Assembly (NCBI GenBank): GCA_001949185.1
Contig: BDGG01000001.1
Span: forward strand, 1,107,153-1,171,152
DNA: 64,000 nucleotides
Reading direction: 5' to 3'
DNA from: Ramazzottius varieornatus
Lineage: Eukaryota; Animalia; Tardigrada
This document shows, piece after piece, positions 13,301 to 26,079 of this stretch (its first letter is position 1; each line of letters begins with the position of its first letter). Under the pieces are notes generated by a model, which was given only the letters and a program-made list of their open reading frames with translations, was not told the origin of the DNA and made no database searches. Both the position numbers and the translations under genes were made by a program.

Positions 13301-13600
13301 ACTAACAAAATCAACTAACGTAACCTCTCCGTAGTGGTAAGTTCCTCGAGCGCTGCTTACACCTGGGTCCGCAGTTAGAGGTTGGCGTGTTGAACATAGG
13401 CTGGATGGTGGTCGTGCTGACGCAGTATTCCGAGCGAATGCCCTCGACAACGCTGGGCGGACAAAAGTACGAGAATTCGATGCGTTACTGCGAAACGAAC
13501 TAACACTTTCAGGTGACACAGCGGAAGACAACTCAGAGCGAAAAGCGCCACCGATTGATCCAAATCCTTCATAGATATCGTCGGCCATCTCTGCAAGCAT
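10342..13600 (-). CDS. IFT88: Intraflagellar transport protein 88 homologue (TPR repeats), highly divergent; multi-exon
   Basis: DDIYEGF at the N-terminus (cf. DDLYSGY); NISLATLYQENGDFDKALQIWLTLFDDNVFSSG (cf. FNLASQY..YAEALNTYQVIVKNKMFSNAG); VIEWLARYSVEKDMPEKALKFY; WQVLMATAMRRGG..THESHPEDIPC; acidic C-terminus ending EDLLP. Confidence 0.8.
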
Positions 13601-13705
13601 TCGATGGATGATTAACGACTAAATTTCGTACGACGCAGAATTTTCGTTACCGACTGGTGGTTCCATTTATACAACTTGCACAGAGCAGTGCGCAGCGAAC
13701 GTCTT

Positions 13706-13719
13706 ATCCCTATGGCTAC
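13706..13719. promoter_or_regulatory. X-box (RFX/DAF-19)-like motif ATCCCTATGGCTAC
   Basis: Imperfect 14-bp palindrome resembling GTYNCCATGGNAAC, about 105 bp upstream of the IFT88 ATG. Confidence 0.45.
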
Positions 13720-13859
13720 GACATCATCCAGGTCTGGAAGAACACCAACAACCGCAGAAGTTGTTCATCCATCTAAATACTGAATGAATACATGAGATTT
13801 TCTACCTTGGTTGTTGATTGATCGCGGTGAAGTATCATCAGTTTCTGACTGCTTGTGAA

Positions 13860-14268
13860 GATGGCTGCCCGAAATGTTACCTCCAGTCAAAGCGAGTATT
13901 CCGTGCGAGGCGGTATCACTGTCAACCAGGACCTGAGTAGCGCACCCGTCTACGGAGCTCAAATACCACAAGCACCTGCTTCGACTGTTATTGGCGACAT
14001 GCAAGGTTTCTCCCCCAACCACCCTGTTCCCGATAAGCAAGAGCCACGCCCTTATTCCGATGCTCTGACCGACAGAATCGAACAGCTCGGAAGCACGACG
14101 AGTTTGATGACTTCAGCAGAACGGGAAGAGGAACGGCGCCAAGTCGCCGATGTACTGGAGCAATTGGACAACCTCATACGGCGCTCTTCGCAAACCTCTG
14201 TGGACGGGGGGCTACAGAATGCGAAAAGAAGTGATCACGATCTACTCGAAGGAGACTACAACCCTTGA
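13860..14268 (+). CDS. Hypothetical protein (~135 aa, acidic/helical C-terminal half), divergently transcribed from IFT88
   Basis: Open frame with ATG in aagATGg context and protein-like composition; no family recognised. Confidence 0.45.
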
Positions 14269-14553
14269 GGTCGGGAAAGATTCGTTGTCGTCGATGAAAG
14301 TTGGTCCTTCCTATTCCTAACCAGCCACTGCCAACCTCTAGCTACGCTTTTGTTTCACCTCATGCATGTGCGTACGTAGCTTTTGGTGCTTGCTGCAGAC
14401 TTGGAGTTTTGACAAATTTGTTCGCACTTGAATCGTGTCTCGGCAACTGCCCGAAACAAAATGGCGGACTTTACACCTACGCTGTATTCGGTCCAACATT
14501 TTCGAGAACTGTCGAAATTGTCTTTTGTTTTCTAAAGTTAAATGTATTTGACG

Positions 14554-14976
14554 ATGGCGCTCTTGCCGAGTGCAGATACCTTAACATTGAACAGTTTCCG
14601 CCTCGGCGATGAAAGCACGTCCTACAGCGAACAGACTTCCTTGTTGATCGACATTACTCAAAGTGAAACTCTCGAACAGCTACTAGCGCGTTATTCCGGC
14701 GACAAGTCCAGCAGAGCAAAGACCGGGATTGATGACTCGGAAATGCATTCCATGGGTCTGGTTGGCAGTTGCTTCCCGTGGATTAGGAGCCTGAATAAGA
14801 ACTACCGACCAGTCAGTCGGGGAAGTTTACGCTCGTGGTCCCAGCACCGAATCTTCAACGATTACTCTAAATGGCCTTGTGTGACCTACCAACCGAGCAC
14901 GACGCGCGATACGAGGTGGAAAACTTTGTGCTGCTTTTATTGTGTGCCTACAACGAAAAGATTTAATACAAAATAG
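14554..14976 (+). CDS. Hypothetical protein or downstream exon, with a Cys cluster (LCCFYC) near the C-terminus
   Basis: ~140-codon open frame; no family recognised. Confidence 0.35.
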   Translation: MALLPSADTLTLNSFRLGDESTSYSEQTSLLIDITQSETLEQLLARYSGDKSSRAKTGIDDSEMHSMGLVGSCFPWIRSLNKNYRPVSRGSLRSWSQHRIFNDYSKWPCVTYQPSTTRDTRWKTLCCFYCVPTTKRFNTK

Positions 14977-15127
14977 CTAGTCAATTCGCAGTAAGTATTT
15001 CTTAGTCTTCGTAAACCCAATAGCGTCGCGCCAGGAGTGCGAGCGGTGGCACGGTGACTTGCGCAATGAGACCTGGGTAGACAGATAGCTATAGACGAAA
15101 TATCGAGGTGTTTTAGTGACCGAATTC

Positions 15128-15755
15128 TCATTTCTTTTTCTTGATTCCAGGAGGTCTGGATATACTTTTGCTATGGTTGTCGGTCGTCCCTCCGGCTTTC
15201 ACTCTTGCTCGTCTGTCGGGGGAGCTCGGAGACGAGCTGTCTGTCACTCCACTGGCCAAATCCGGAGCTGAGGGGCTGGTTTCTGCTAGACCGAGGTGCA
15301 CCCGAAGCCTGGTGTTTTTTTCTTTTACTTTATCTATCTCCTGTTGTAACTGGTGAATCTTGTCTACTAGCTGCTCCAGCTTTTGTGAACTAGGATTGGC
15401 ACTAGCCGCCACGATTTTTGTCTTAATCATCCTACGAGCGCACTCAGCCATAGTTCGTCAGACTTCTTTAACTCATCTACGACCGATGAGTTATAATGTT
15501 GAACGTACCTACTCGAGCAAGTTCGCCGGTTTGACTACCGTTTGCTCCTTATACGCGTACGACAGTACTGTAAAATTATCGTGCAATGCCCATCTGAAAT
15601 TTTGCAGGGAAATCTGCACACGTTACGTACTACACACTTCACGTACCATTCCCGATCAGTTGCATCACACCCGACTTCTCCAGATAAATCCGAAACTCGG
15701 CTTCTTGGGCGGGCAACAAGCCGGCCACCATGTTAAGGGTATCTGCCAGCGCCAT
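15128..15755 (-). CDS. MYCBP: c-Myc-binding protein (AMY-1/FAP174) homologue; 3 exons
   Basis: Spliced product MALADTLNMVAGLLPAQEAEFRIYLEKSGVMQLIGN/VLSYAYKEQTVVKPANLLE/MIKTKI..coiled coil matches MYCBP EQFRRYLEKSGVLDTLTKVLVALYEEPEKPNSALDF; GT-AG introns are in frame. Confidence 0.8.
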
Positions 15756-15960
15756 CTGAGACTAAGCCTCCTACACAGTACAGCAATTATTCACAATGTG
15801 ATCATAAATGAATAAGGATTGGAAAATAGCCACTGCCAAAATACGGTCTCTCCACTGCGGTTGTCCGGCAATTGTCACTTCGCAGTTACTGTACGTGTAC
15901 AGAACAGAGAACATGAAGAGAACAGCAAGCGCCGCGAGCGAAATTAGCAAATGACTGTTC

Positions 15961-15996
15961 TCTGACAACACCATGAATCTGACAACACCATGAATC
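15961..15996. repeat. Perfect 17-bp tandem duplication (tctgacaacaccatgaa x2)
   Basis: Read directly. Confidence 0.85.
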
Positions 15997-16380
15997 CGGG
16001 CCTCTTTATGCTTTTGCAAATTGGCTTGCGTTTTGTGCATGGCTGTAATTTTACACCATGATTTCACGTACCATTTTGCTTCAAAAGTGAGGAACAGTTG
16101 GGTCTAGCTGTCCCGCCGTGGTTTTCGCCGGACTCCGAGAGAAGTTAATAATTGCAAGTAGATGAGAGACGCAGTTCAGAAGTTGAGAACTTGAGTTGCA
16201 GCTGCAGACTTGCAGTTGAGAATTTGGAAACTTCTCGATGAGAACTTGACTTCTTGAGCTTCCTCATTGTCAAATGTCAATTCCTCCCGAGTCCCGACGA
16301 AGTCCGGGCCCCGAAGTCACTGTAGAAATTGCGAGAAGGGATCAGATACACGGCCATACACCATTCTTTGCGAAACACAG

Positions 16381-17215
16381 GACTGTTTTGATTCTACGTG
16401 GTGCAGTGTGTGAGTTAGCGGGGTACGAGGTGCTTTTTCGTTCGAACGAGTTGATTTTTGATTGAGCGCGGGAAAGCAGCCTCATTATTTTTTAGTCTTT
16501 TTTGGCCATTCCCGTCTTCTTCCCCACTTCTCCCAACGACCTGGACAGACTTCCAGAAATACCTACACATACAGTTCTCTGATGGTGTAAGATGCTAACG
16601 CTACGTGTGTCTTCTCACTTTGCAGGTGCGCTCCGTGTACAGTCCCGTCAGCTGACCATTCCCCTGCACACGTCCAGCTTCGCCTCCAAAGATGTCAAGC
16701 TCGCCACAGACCGTTTCAGTGGCAAGATCAAGGACCAGCCCGATGCTGACCAGGGAATCAAGTTCACTCAGAAGGAGTACCGTCAGAGTGCGGGCCAAGG
16801 AGTGCCTGCCAGAGGTGATGACTACTTCGACAAGAACCTCAAGCTGAAACGTCCCCTTTCGCCCCACATATCCATCTACCAGCCTCAACTCCCATGGCTC
16901 ATGTCCATCACCCATCGTGTCAGTGGTGTCGCGCTGAGTTTAGGTCTCAGCCTTGCTTCTGTAGGTATTCTTCTGGCTTCACATGACTTTGTCCACTACG
17001 TGGATGTTATCCGAAGCATGCATTTGAACCCGTACCTGATCATGACGGTGAAGTTTGGCGCAGCCTGGTTCTTTACCTATCACTACCTGAATGGCGTTCG
17101 CCATTTGTTTTGGGATAACGGCAAGGGTTTCAAGCTCCCAGAAGTGTACAGAAGTGGTTACGCTGTGCTAGCTTTGTCTCTCCTAACCGCAGCTTATCTG
17201 GTTAGCCTGAAGTAA
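16381..17215 (+). CDS. SDHC: Succinate dehydrogenase cytochrome b560 subunit; main exon 16626-17215, likely upstream exon 16381-16409; start uncertain
   Basis: RPLSPHISIYQPQLPWLMSITHRVSG, YHYLNGVRHLFWD, three TM helices. Confidence 0.93.
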
Positions 17216-17717
17216 AACAGGAAAATTCTATTTTTCGCCATTTTTATCCGAATTTCATTTTTCCTTTTTAATCCAGTCGATCAGATCTGTTTCAATCAAT
17301 GGTCAGGTTAGCGTGTGGTTCGTATACATGGTAGTCTACTGGTCAATAAAAACGCATTATTAAGCCACGCATGATGTCATGGTCCATCTCTTCAGATTCA
17401 AAACTAAAGTGCTTTCCACGTGGCCAGCTGAAGGCTAAACTCACGAGGGAATCACGTGACGAGGCTAATTGCCTGAATCACTCATTTGACTCATGTCTTG
17501 ACCGTTGATTGTTGATCACTCAAGTGCTTTCCGGACCACGGAGAATGACTCGGAGTTTTCGTTCCGGCTGCGTTTGTGTTTCTTCCGCAGTCCCACTGTC
17601 ACTAGTAGTTCTTTCATCGAGATCTGGAAGAGGACGTTGTCAGTGGAATAGTGAGAGCTATAAGTGACGATAAGTTCGATTAAAGCTGGGTGCACGGGTG
17701 AAACGTTCTGTTCAAAA

Positions 17718-19778
17718 ATGCAGGTGAATTGTCGACTAATCTCCCAAGAAACCTTTACCATTCCTGCCGAACCCACGACGACGGTAAGTGAGGTTCTGCT
17801 GTCAGATCCCCTTTGCTCTTGGTTGGTTTGAAATAAAAGGTGCGCTGTGTTCTAGGTAGCGGAACTGAAGAAGAAAATTGAGGATGTGAAGGGAGAGAAC
17901 TTTAAAGCGGACCTGCTAAAACTGATTTATGCAGGTAAACAAACAGCTCTCTCTACCCTTGTTCGTTCGCGCATGTGTTGGCTGTGGACTCGGTATTAGT
18001 GAGCCACTTGTGTTCTCAATGTTTCACTCTTGCCCCGTCATATTCGCGCATGTTTCGAGTTGGTATTCTGCCACAACGCGCCACTTGAAATATTTGACTT
18101 TCTTCCGATTCGTTAGCGGAATGGGTCGGATAAGTCGGTTTCTCAATTTCTATTTCAGGCAGAGTTTTAGATAACAATCAAGCAACCTTGGAGAGCATCA
18201 AGTTTGTCGAGACGGGTTTCATCGTCGTGATGGCGGCCAAAGCCAAACCATCGACCAAGCCGACAGATTCCTCTGCTCGACCTACGGCCTCAACGTCAAC
18301 TACTTCTTCCACACCAACCACCGCCGCAACCGCCCCAGCTCCTGCACCTGTCTCCACGGCTTCGTCCACCACCATACAAGCTAGTCAGCCTCCATCTGCT
18401 CAGGCCGCTGCCACTCAAATACATGGCGCTTTTGGCAAAACACCGGCCGAAATTGGGGCTATGGTTGACGCCATTGTCGAGATGGGGTATCCCCGTGGAG
18501 AAGCTGAACAGGCTCTGAGAGCCTCCTTTTACAATCCGGAACGTGCTGTGGAATATTTGATCTCGGTAAGGGGATTTCTCTGAGGAGAAAATGTGAATTA
18601 TCGGACACAGGGTTCGTCGGTTGAATCAACAATCAAAGACGACGTTCGTACTAAACACCCACCCATGTCGACTTGCGCGTTCTCGCAGTACAGTATGATT
18701 CTAAGTTCTAAGCTGGCGTTGAATGATTTACGCCAATGGTGGTGGCCGAGTTTTTGCTGGACGTTACTTTGACCGGACGTAAGGGATCTTTGTCTTTTCA
18801 GGGTATTCCTGCTGGAATAAGTGGTGGACCCTCCTTGTCTCCTCCATCTGGAGCACAAGCCGCCCAAGGAAACGCACCAGCGCAACCTCAAGGAGGTGGT
18901 GGAGCTCAACACAATGGTAAGAAGAGTTTTACTCGGGGAAGCGCTTACTGAAGCCTGAACTTCTGGGAAGGCTTGAGGTGTAAAGTTTTGACTTCCCGTT
19001 GTCTCTTTGCAGATCCTCTCGCAAACTTTCGAAACAGCGCCCAGTTCGCAATGATGCGGCAGATGATCCAGCAAGATCCCGCTTTACTGCCGCAGTTTGT
19101 CGAGAGCATTGGACAGTCCAACCCAGCTCTTCTGAATGTAAGTCAGTCTTTCAGTGTTGTTCGCGATTGATGGTCATCATCACTCGTCATTCTGCAGGCT
19201 ATAAGAGACAACCAGGAAGCTTTCCTAGCCATGCTGAACAACGAAGAAGGCATGGAAGATGAAGAAGACCTTGAAGGGGAAGACTGGCAAGCCAACATTG
19301 CCGAAGCACTGCAAGCCCAAGGTATCGACCCTGCACCGTTGGGGGGTTTAGGCGGCTTGGGCGGTGCAGGTGCTGCGCAGGGTGGTGGTGGTGGTGGTGG
19401 TGTGGGACCCAACGCGCAGTATGTCAACGTAACTGCGGAAGAGATGGCTGCCATTGAACGAGTAAGGCTATTCAGAACTTCGGCAAATGACTTAAACAAT
19501 ATTGTTTTCCCAAGTGACGCATCCTCCAGCCAATTACAGTGATAACGTGCGCCACTTGAGATAACGAATCATGGTCAGTTCTTTTGCCGAAGTCCCATTT
19601 CATCCCTTTCATTCTTTTAAATTCTGTATTTATCTCTGAAAGTAAAGTGTTTATTTTGGGGTTTTCACAGTTGAAAGCACTGGGTTTCCCCGAGCAAGTC
19701 GTCATCCAGGCTTACTTGGCTTGCGACAAGAATGAAGAAATGGCTGCGAATTTACTCTTCTCGGGTCTGGATGAGTAA
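17718..19778 (+). CDS. RAD23: UV excision repair protein / proteasome shuttle RAD23; multi-exon
   Basis: UBL ([32 protein letters not shown]), UBA1 ([29 protein letters not shown]), XPC-binding domain ([16 protein letters not shown]), poly-Gly linker, UBA2 ([29 protein letters not shown]). Confidence 0.96.
19506..19564. repeat. Dispersed palindrome copy, last RAD23 intron
   Basis: ttcccaagtgacgcat...gtgcgccacttgagat. Confidence 0.75.
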
Positions 19779-20478
19779 GAAGGGAGATGAAGTCGGAGAG
19801 AAAGTAACTGATAGCTTTTTTATATCTGCGAAAAGGAAAAAAACTGGAAAAGCTAAGGAAGAAATGGTTCGGTCGTCGCTTCTTTTTCTGTTGCATCCTG
19901 AAGTCTTCAGTGGAATGAACCGATAAACCTAAATTGGTTATTCCGAGTTTCATAGTAGTATATCTAGATGGAAAATTTTTTGCAGAGCTTGGTGGTCAAT
20001 GAATCGTGAATGCTTTTTTCTTTCTTTGTTCGCGCCTTTTTCCGATTCGTAAGCTGAACGTAACGATGTTTCATTGTCGACGAGCTTTTCAATCTGGTAA
20101 TAAACGTTGGAAAATTCCTGAGGACCACGTCCGAGGGGCGTATTCCCTGTAGGTGAAGAGGAATGGAATAGGGGAATGTGTGTCAAGTGGGTGCGATGGG
20201 TTCAAAAGACGAACGCCATTAACAGGCCCGGATGGGCATCGAATGTCGAGTGGCCCAACCTGCAATTCACAAGTCTCAAGTGGCACGCTCCCTCGGCGCC
20301 GATCCAGGGTTCGCTGTGCACCATCCTTTTTCCCACAGAGCGATGTAACTCAAGGCTGGATGATTGCGAACTGACAAGTTTTGTGAACTTTGCATTGATC
20401 TCACAAATCACAACAGAAAATGGGGAAGACGGGAACATGTAGGGGATGTCGGCGAATGATCTCACTTGGACCATTTCA

Positions 20479-20608
20479 TTGTCAGTGGCGCGCGTTTTCG
20501 ATGTTTACTGATTCGAAGCGCGCGCCTCTTGAAAAAGCATCCTGTTGAGTTCTCAAGTGGCGCACAATTTTAATATTGGTGACCGAGAGCGTGCGCGACT
20601 TGAGAAAA
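20479..20608. repeat. Two tandem dispersed palindrome copies, intergenic
   Basis: cagtggcgcgcg...cgcgcgcctcttgaaaa and ttctcaagtggcgcac...gtgcgcgacttgagaaaa. Confidence 0.75.
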
Positions 20609-21849
20609 TGATCTGCGTGAATTCATTTTCCGACGTCTTATACATATGTACTAAGTTTTCACATCACGACAAGTTGTAAAACAATTTCTTGATGACTGAT
20701 GGGTTTCATATGTGAATGTGCAAAATGTCGGGTAAGACATACTTTCAGTAGAGAGAGAGCACGGATAGATTCGGTGAAGATTAACGGATGTCACGGATGT
20801 CATGGATGGCGTTTCGGAGTAGTTATTGCCGTACTTGAGATGTCCGTGGATTCTAGGCTGAGTTCATCTGACGGAAAAAACACAATCATTCGTCTTCATT
20901 GCGTTACTTGAGTTGTACACGTGTACGGTGTACCAAGTGTAGGCTTCGGCATAACTCTCTCTAAACACATCGTCCATCTTTGGAAAACACAATTTTTGTT
21001 TTCAACGCAAGTTCTATACTTTTGACGGTTCTCTGAATGAGGAAGTTAGGATACGACTGCACACCCAATCAATGAAATTCAAAGGATCAAATTCCCAGCT
21101 TGTAATGTGAGACAAGGAACCCGAGGCGTTCAAGGATAGTCTATAGAAAGTGAATTAGGCGCATCGATTCCTCTTCCACGCGATTAAAGCTCAAAAGCCG
21201 TCGGTTTGTTTTTCTTGTCAAATCAGAGATAATACCAAGTGCTAACATGCTCCAAGTACCAGGGTCAATGGATCTCGGTGTGCTCGTATTGGTGACTTGG
21301 TGTAGGGTAGGATGAAATAGTGGTTCCAGCCGCTAACAAGGGCGGGGCCGCATGGGAACAATGTAAACCTTCTGGCTCCCACTCACACCAAACGTAACTA
21401 ACCGCAAGAGATTCCACATGATATATGTGATCACTGTACGATATAACGATGAAGCTCGATGCACCAGTCTTCCTGCGACTGTGGCCCGCTCTCACGGTTT
21501 AACCTGCGCAGAGGACTGCTTGTCGCTCTACTCATGTTAAAGTTTGTGGGTCTGGCTGCTTTTTTGTCTTGGACGGCTGATGAATAGTGCCACCCATCGT
21601 TTTGACATCTGTTCTTGAAAGCACTTCCTGATTCATTTATTTATGCTGTGAACACATCGCTCCCGCGCCCAGTCCTGTTGACACCGTTTGTGTTGTGCAA
21701 TGACGATCGACGAAGCGAATGGCTACGCTGAGTTACTCCGAAAACGCAGCAGTGAAGGCAGCACTCCATTTATTCCCCCAAAACTGAACTAAAGTACTAT
21801 TGCATTGATGCCTCGCGGAACTCCTGATTTAGCGGGATAGATTTCGGAG

Positions 21850-24438
21850 ATGGAGTTACTTGTCCATACCGGACCGAAAGCACGCTCTTCCGAACCCCCA
21901 CCGCTGGTCTTACTCACCGTTTTAGGGTTATTGGCTGTCAAGTTTGGAGTGGCTGACAAGGAAGTGCATTTTTGGCAGCCAAAGTATCCACCCGTTATCT
22001 GGTATCCGGAATATCCTATGTAAGTATTCGATATATCGCAAAAATATGCGAACTTCTTTCCTCGAAAAGAATACGCTTACGAACACAAACTCTTCAGTCT
22101 GGTGGGGCGAGCCAATTATTATTATTAGTCACTGTAAGGGTGAGATGAGCGGTTATTGCAATTAGCAATTGGGGTTAAGCTGTGATTAAGAGATTATTGA
22201 CAATCATTGGGAATAATCTCTACTTATTCAGACAATATCATCATTTTCACAGTTTCCCAACCATTATGCACTACAAGATTAACACTGACGCAACAGAAAG
22301 CTTTCCTTTCCCGCACGGACTTTTAGTCTCCTCTTCAGACTGATTCGCTCTATGACAGTGGATCCAGATGGCCAATATTCGACTTAGCTCATTACTCGAG
22401 TAGAATAATGCACCGATCGACTTCTGGGAACTATTTGGAGTCTGGTCAAAGTTCCTCAGAAGTCTGGGGCCGAGAATTTTCAAGGAAAAACCCGAAACCT
22501 TCCCTTGCCCTTCTCGAATTTCATCAGGTGTGCCTCCACACTATGACCTCAGACTTTTGAGGAACCTTGCCCACAGCCCATTTGAGACTTGACAAATTTA
22601 AAGTTAACACAGACGGCGTTTGCGGCGCTCAGAGTTTCTTGGTGTGCGTCAAATTCGATTCGCTCAATTGGATGGTAAAATGGAAATTCGACCGTAGAAA
22701 AGTGTCGAAAAGCATATTACTGTGAATCGGGCGCGCACGCACGTGCTTTCGTACCGCCGTAACGAAAAGGTTTTTAACTCGTAATTTTTACTGTCCCATA
22801 ATTAGCCATCGTGCGTGTACATACATAGTATATTGGCAATGATTTATGCGGTGCGCATGGTATTAGACTTAGAGAGGCTGCCCATCATGTCCTGTTTGAC
22901 CCAAGAGTTAGTGTTGCTTCTTTACAGGTTCCACAATAGGACCCGGCCGGCGCGCATCGTGGTGCAGATGCACGACAGCCTGGACTTCTTCTGTCCCGAT
23001 TACCTCAACTCGCAATATCAAAGCTTTACCGGTCCTAAAAAGAGGCCGACGGATTATGGAGCAGAGGAAATCTTTATGGTAAACAAAAGTGTCACACGAT
23101 ATGGTAAAATCTTCAATGGCCTACGTACCCGAGTATCTACAGCGAAATTTCGGGCGGTTTTGTTCGGCACGCCGTTTTTTTCAGGGTCAGGAAAAGTGGA
23201 TTATATTTATGATCATGATTATAATATTGGGAGGCTGACCCTTGCATTTCAGCGTGTCAGGCATAAGCCCGTCTGATCCATCTGGGGATTGTTTACAGGT
23301 GAACGGAGAGGATTACCAGCAGTGCTTCCAGGACGATGCCAAAGAGCGACGTCTAAACAAGAAGCAGACCAAACTCTTACTGCGATGTCCCAACAAAATG
23401 ACAGCCAACGACCATCACAGCAGCCGTCCCAACAACAACATCAAGGCCAAATATCAGTACACCGTTTCCTTCCGCATGTTCTCGCCCATGCCCAAAGGAC
23501 CCGAGTTCAGCTGCAATCACGAATACTACTTTCTCGGTAAGATAGTTCTTTGAATGGGTTAACTCGTTGCCTGATCTACATCCAACATGCACGATGGTGG
23601 GATTTCAGGAGTTTACAATGTAGCAGCATCACATCAGCATGCATCTGGTCGTAGTCAAGATCGAACTGACGCGGTACTGTGTTCTACATCCGCTATGCGC
23701 CTTCAGATTTTCGTCTCCTGCCACGGTAAGATCCACTGGACAATATACAAAAGCTTATTAACATTACCTGCCGAAATTACAGATGACTTGGACGCAGAAG
23801 AACCAGTTTACGGTGTGGTTCCTCTGGTTTCGCCTAGCGAAACGCCAACGGCTTCTGCGGCGCCACCTGGCGAAGAACCCAATAAAGCCCGCGGGCCCAT
23901 ATCGCCGTCCTGGATGTTCCCCGATCCGCTACAGCACAGCGATACCGATAATGTAGGCTCTGTTTCTACAGCCGTACCGACGGCGCGTCCACCAGAGCGT
24001 CTTACTCAACGTTTGCCCAACATATCTAAAAGTGTGAGAAGAATAACACAGCTGGATCCTCAATCAGCCAATCATTCCAGACACCAGCCAACAAACGGGT
24101 TTCATACAAGTCGGCGTAAACATTCAAAGACACCACAGTCTACGGGGAGGAGGCCATCCAACTTCTCCACCATCGATAAAAGCATAGCAGTCGCTCCAGA
24201 AGAGCCGGCGGAAGTCAAAGTGCGCATGGTGGTCCAACAACTGCCGTCGCCTTTCGGTGAATTCCCCTCAAACGGAAGTTCGGCTGCATCCAAAGCGTCC
24301 ATAAGAGCAACCACGAAACCAAGCAAGCGAGTTCTGGAGCAAGCGTCGGCTTCCCAAAGTAGTCGTTTACGTTCTTCGCTGTATTTGATATTGGCTGGAG
24401 CATGGGCTCTGTTTCCGTCGGTGAGCGTTCAGAAATAA
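21850..24438 (+). CDS. Ephrin paralogue 1, probably GPI-anchored; exons 21850-22019, 22928-23078, 23299-23536, 23609-23725, 23783-24438
   Basis: Signal peptide (PLVLLTVLGLLAV), VIWYPE, DSLDFFCPDY, YQQC, LLRC, YTVSFRMFSPMPKGPEF..EYYFLG, LCSTSAMRLQI; Ser/Pro-rich stalk and terminal hydrophobic tail; all junctions GT-AG and in frame. Confidence 0.88.
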
Positions 24439-26079
24439 TGTTGCATGCGAGCTCGTCCAATGTGGGTTTGCCGCAATGTCAGATACGTGTGCGTGCCCGC
24501 AAAGGATGGATCTGTCCTGTCAGTCGTGCGCCACGGATCAAAAACTGCGGTAGCCAAACTATGTGGCCACTCAAGTCCAGAAAACAAAATCCGGTAGAAT
24601 CACACCCTCAGGGGGAAAGAGTGACCTTGCTGAAGCCTCTAATATCGTAGGACAGTCCTGGGAGGTTGGACACACGTACGAGCTACACCGCACAATAGGA
24701 TATGGCTCGACTTCTGCTGGTGCTACGAATTCCAATACGAGGCAGTCGTCGGCTTCTGTCATGTGGAGTTACTGATACAATACATGGCCGAACTTCCGAT
24801 TCCGGATTGATTCTTATAGAATGACTGAGCAAGCCGTTTTGAAACCATCCCAAGAGGAAGAAACGACGAGTTCCAAGAGTGTTCGAAGAGAATGCTGTCG
24901 GCTAAACATGGTGATGGAAACTATCTGCTGAAATTCTGCAATACATGTTTTTACTTGGGTCCACCTGAATGTCACATAAACTTTGCGGGCGTGCATTGAT
25001 TCGAAATTGTCCATCCTGCCAGAACTTGTTTGCAAACTTCTTTTTGCTCGAGCAGAACGAAGAACTTGTGTAATGCAGCGCTGCTGGCCACCCAGATGGC
25101 CGAAATGCAAATTCTCCTGTGAGAGTATCCACCAAGTGTCGTATACTGCACTATCCGGCAAAATCAAGTGATCAACGTTCGGCACCGAGGTGTAAGATCC
25201 TGCGACCCAGACTTGCGCCGCACACTTCATTGGGCGGTGCATGACGATGGTCCTAATTCAAAACCTTTTTTATATTTCGATTGTACCACGTCTTCCCGTG
25301 GACTTTACATTGTCACGTGATTTCAGTAATTTCAATTGCACAATCGGAACCACACTGGTTTCCCGCGTGGGATAGTGTTCTTCGTGAGTTCTATGAAGCA
25401 TTTACACTGTCACTGTTTCTCACATAAGTTACATTCGTTTTATGCCTATATAAAGATGCGACTGGGAAACTAGCCAAGAACTGGTGAAAGCTGTCAGGTT
25501 TCTGGGTTCTCCGAGCATAACAGTGACAGTTGGTTGCAAGCTAGGTGAAATTTAGAAGCAGCACGATATAGGTTCAACCCGTAGGTGGCGCTGATCATGG
25601 TCCACCAGGCTTCCACATCGTGATGCAATGATGTGGTCGGTGGTAGTGAGTACAGTAATAATTCTGACTTTTACGTTACATCCCACGGACGAGCTTTTTA
25701 ATCGGGAAAAGGCGATGGGATCTGAATTTACTTCGGGAGACCGAAGTAATCGTAGGAGAAAAAAACACGAGTGCCGCTCTCCAGCACGCCAAGTTGTCAC
25801 GAGACAATGCTTATGTACAGTACACTGTATACTTGTGGCGAACACAGTCCACCTACTTGCCGGCTTTAACTTGTGGAAATCGTCCGTGTGACGTATTGTA
25901 GAAGTAAAAATCCTCACTGTACCGTATGGCTCAGTCAGATTTCAACTTTCCACCACTGGCCGCGGTAACGGGTGCCAGCATGTTTTTTTAGGTTTGCGTA
26001 TATCAGCTGATAGAGAATTTTCCGCTCTGTTTTGTCTTGTTTTGCATTGCTGAGCGATCCTTTTCCGATTTGTGATAAA

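Noticed and set aside
15771-16067. 98-aa hydrophobic minus ORF
   Set aside because: Lies just upstream of MYCBP, spans a 17-bp tandem duplication, no family match; probably UTR or promoter
16176-16260. Repeated gagaacttg/gttgcag words with a partial heat-shock-element pattern
   Set aside because: Only two good nGAAn units; could arise by chance
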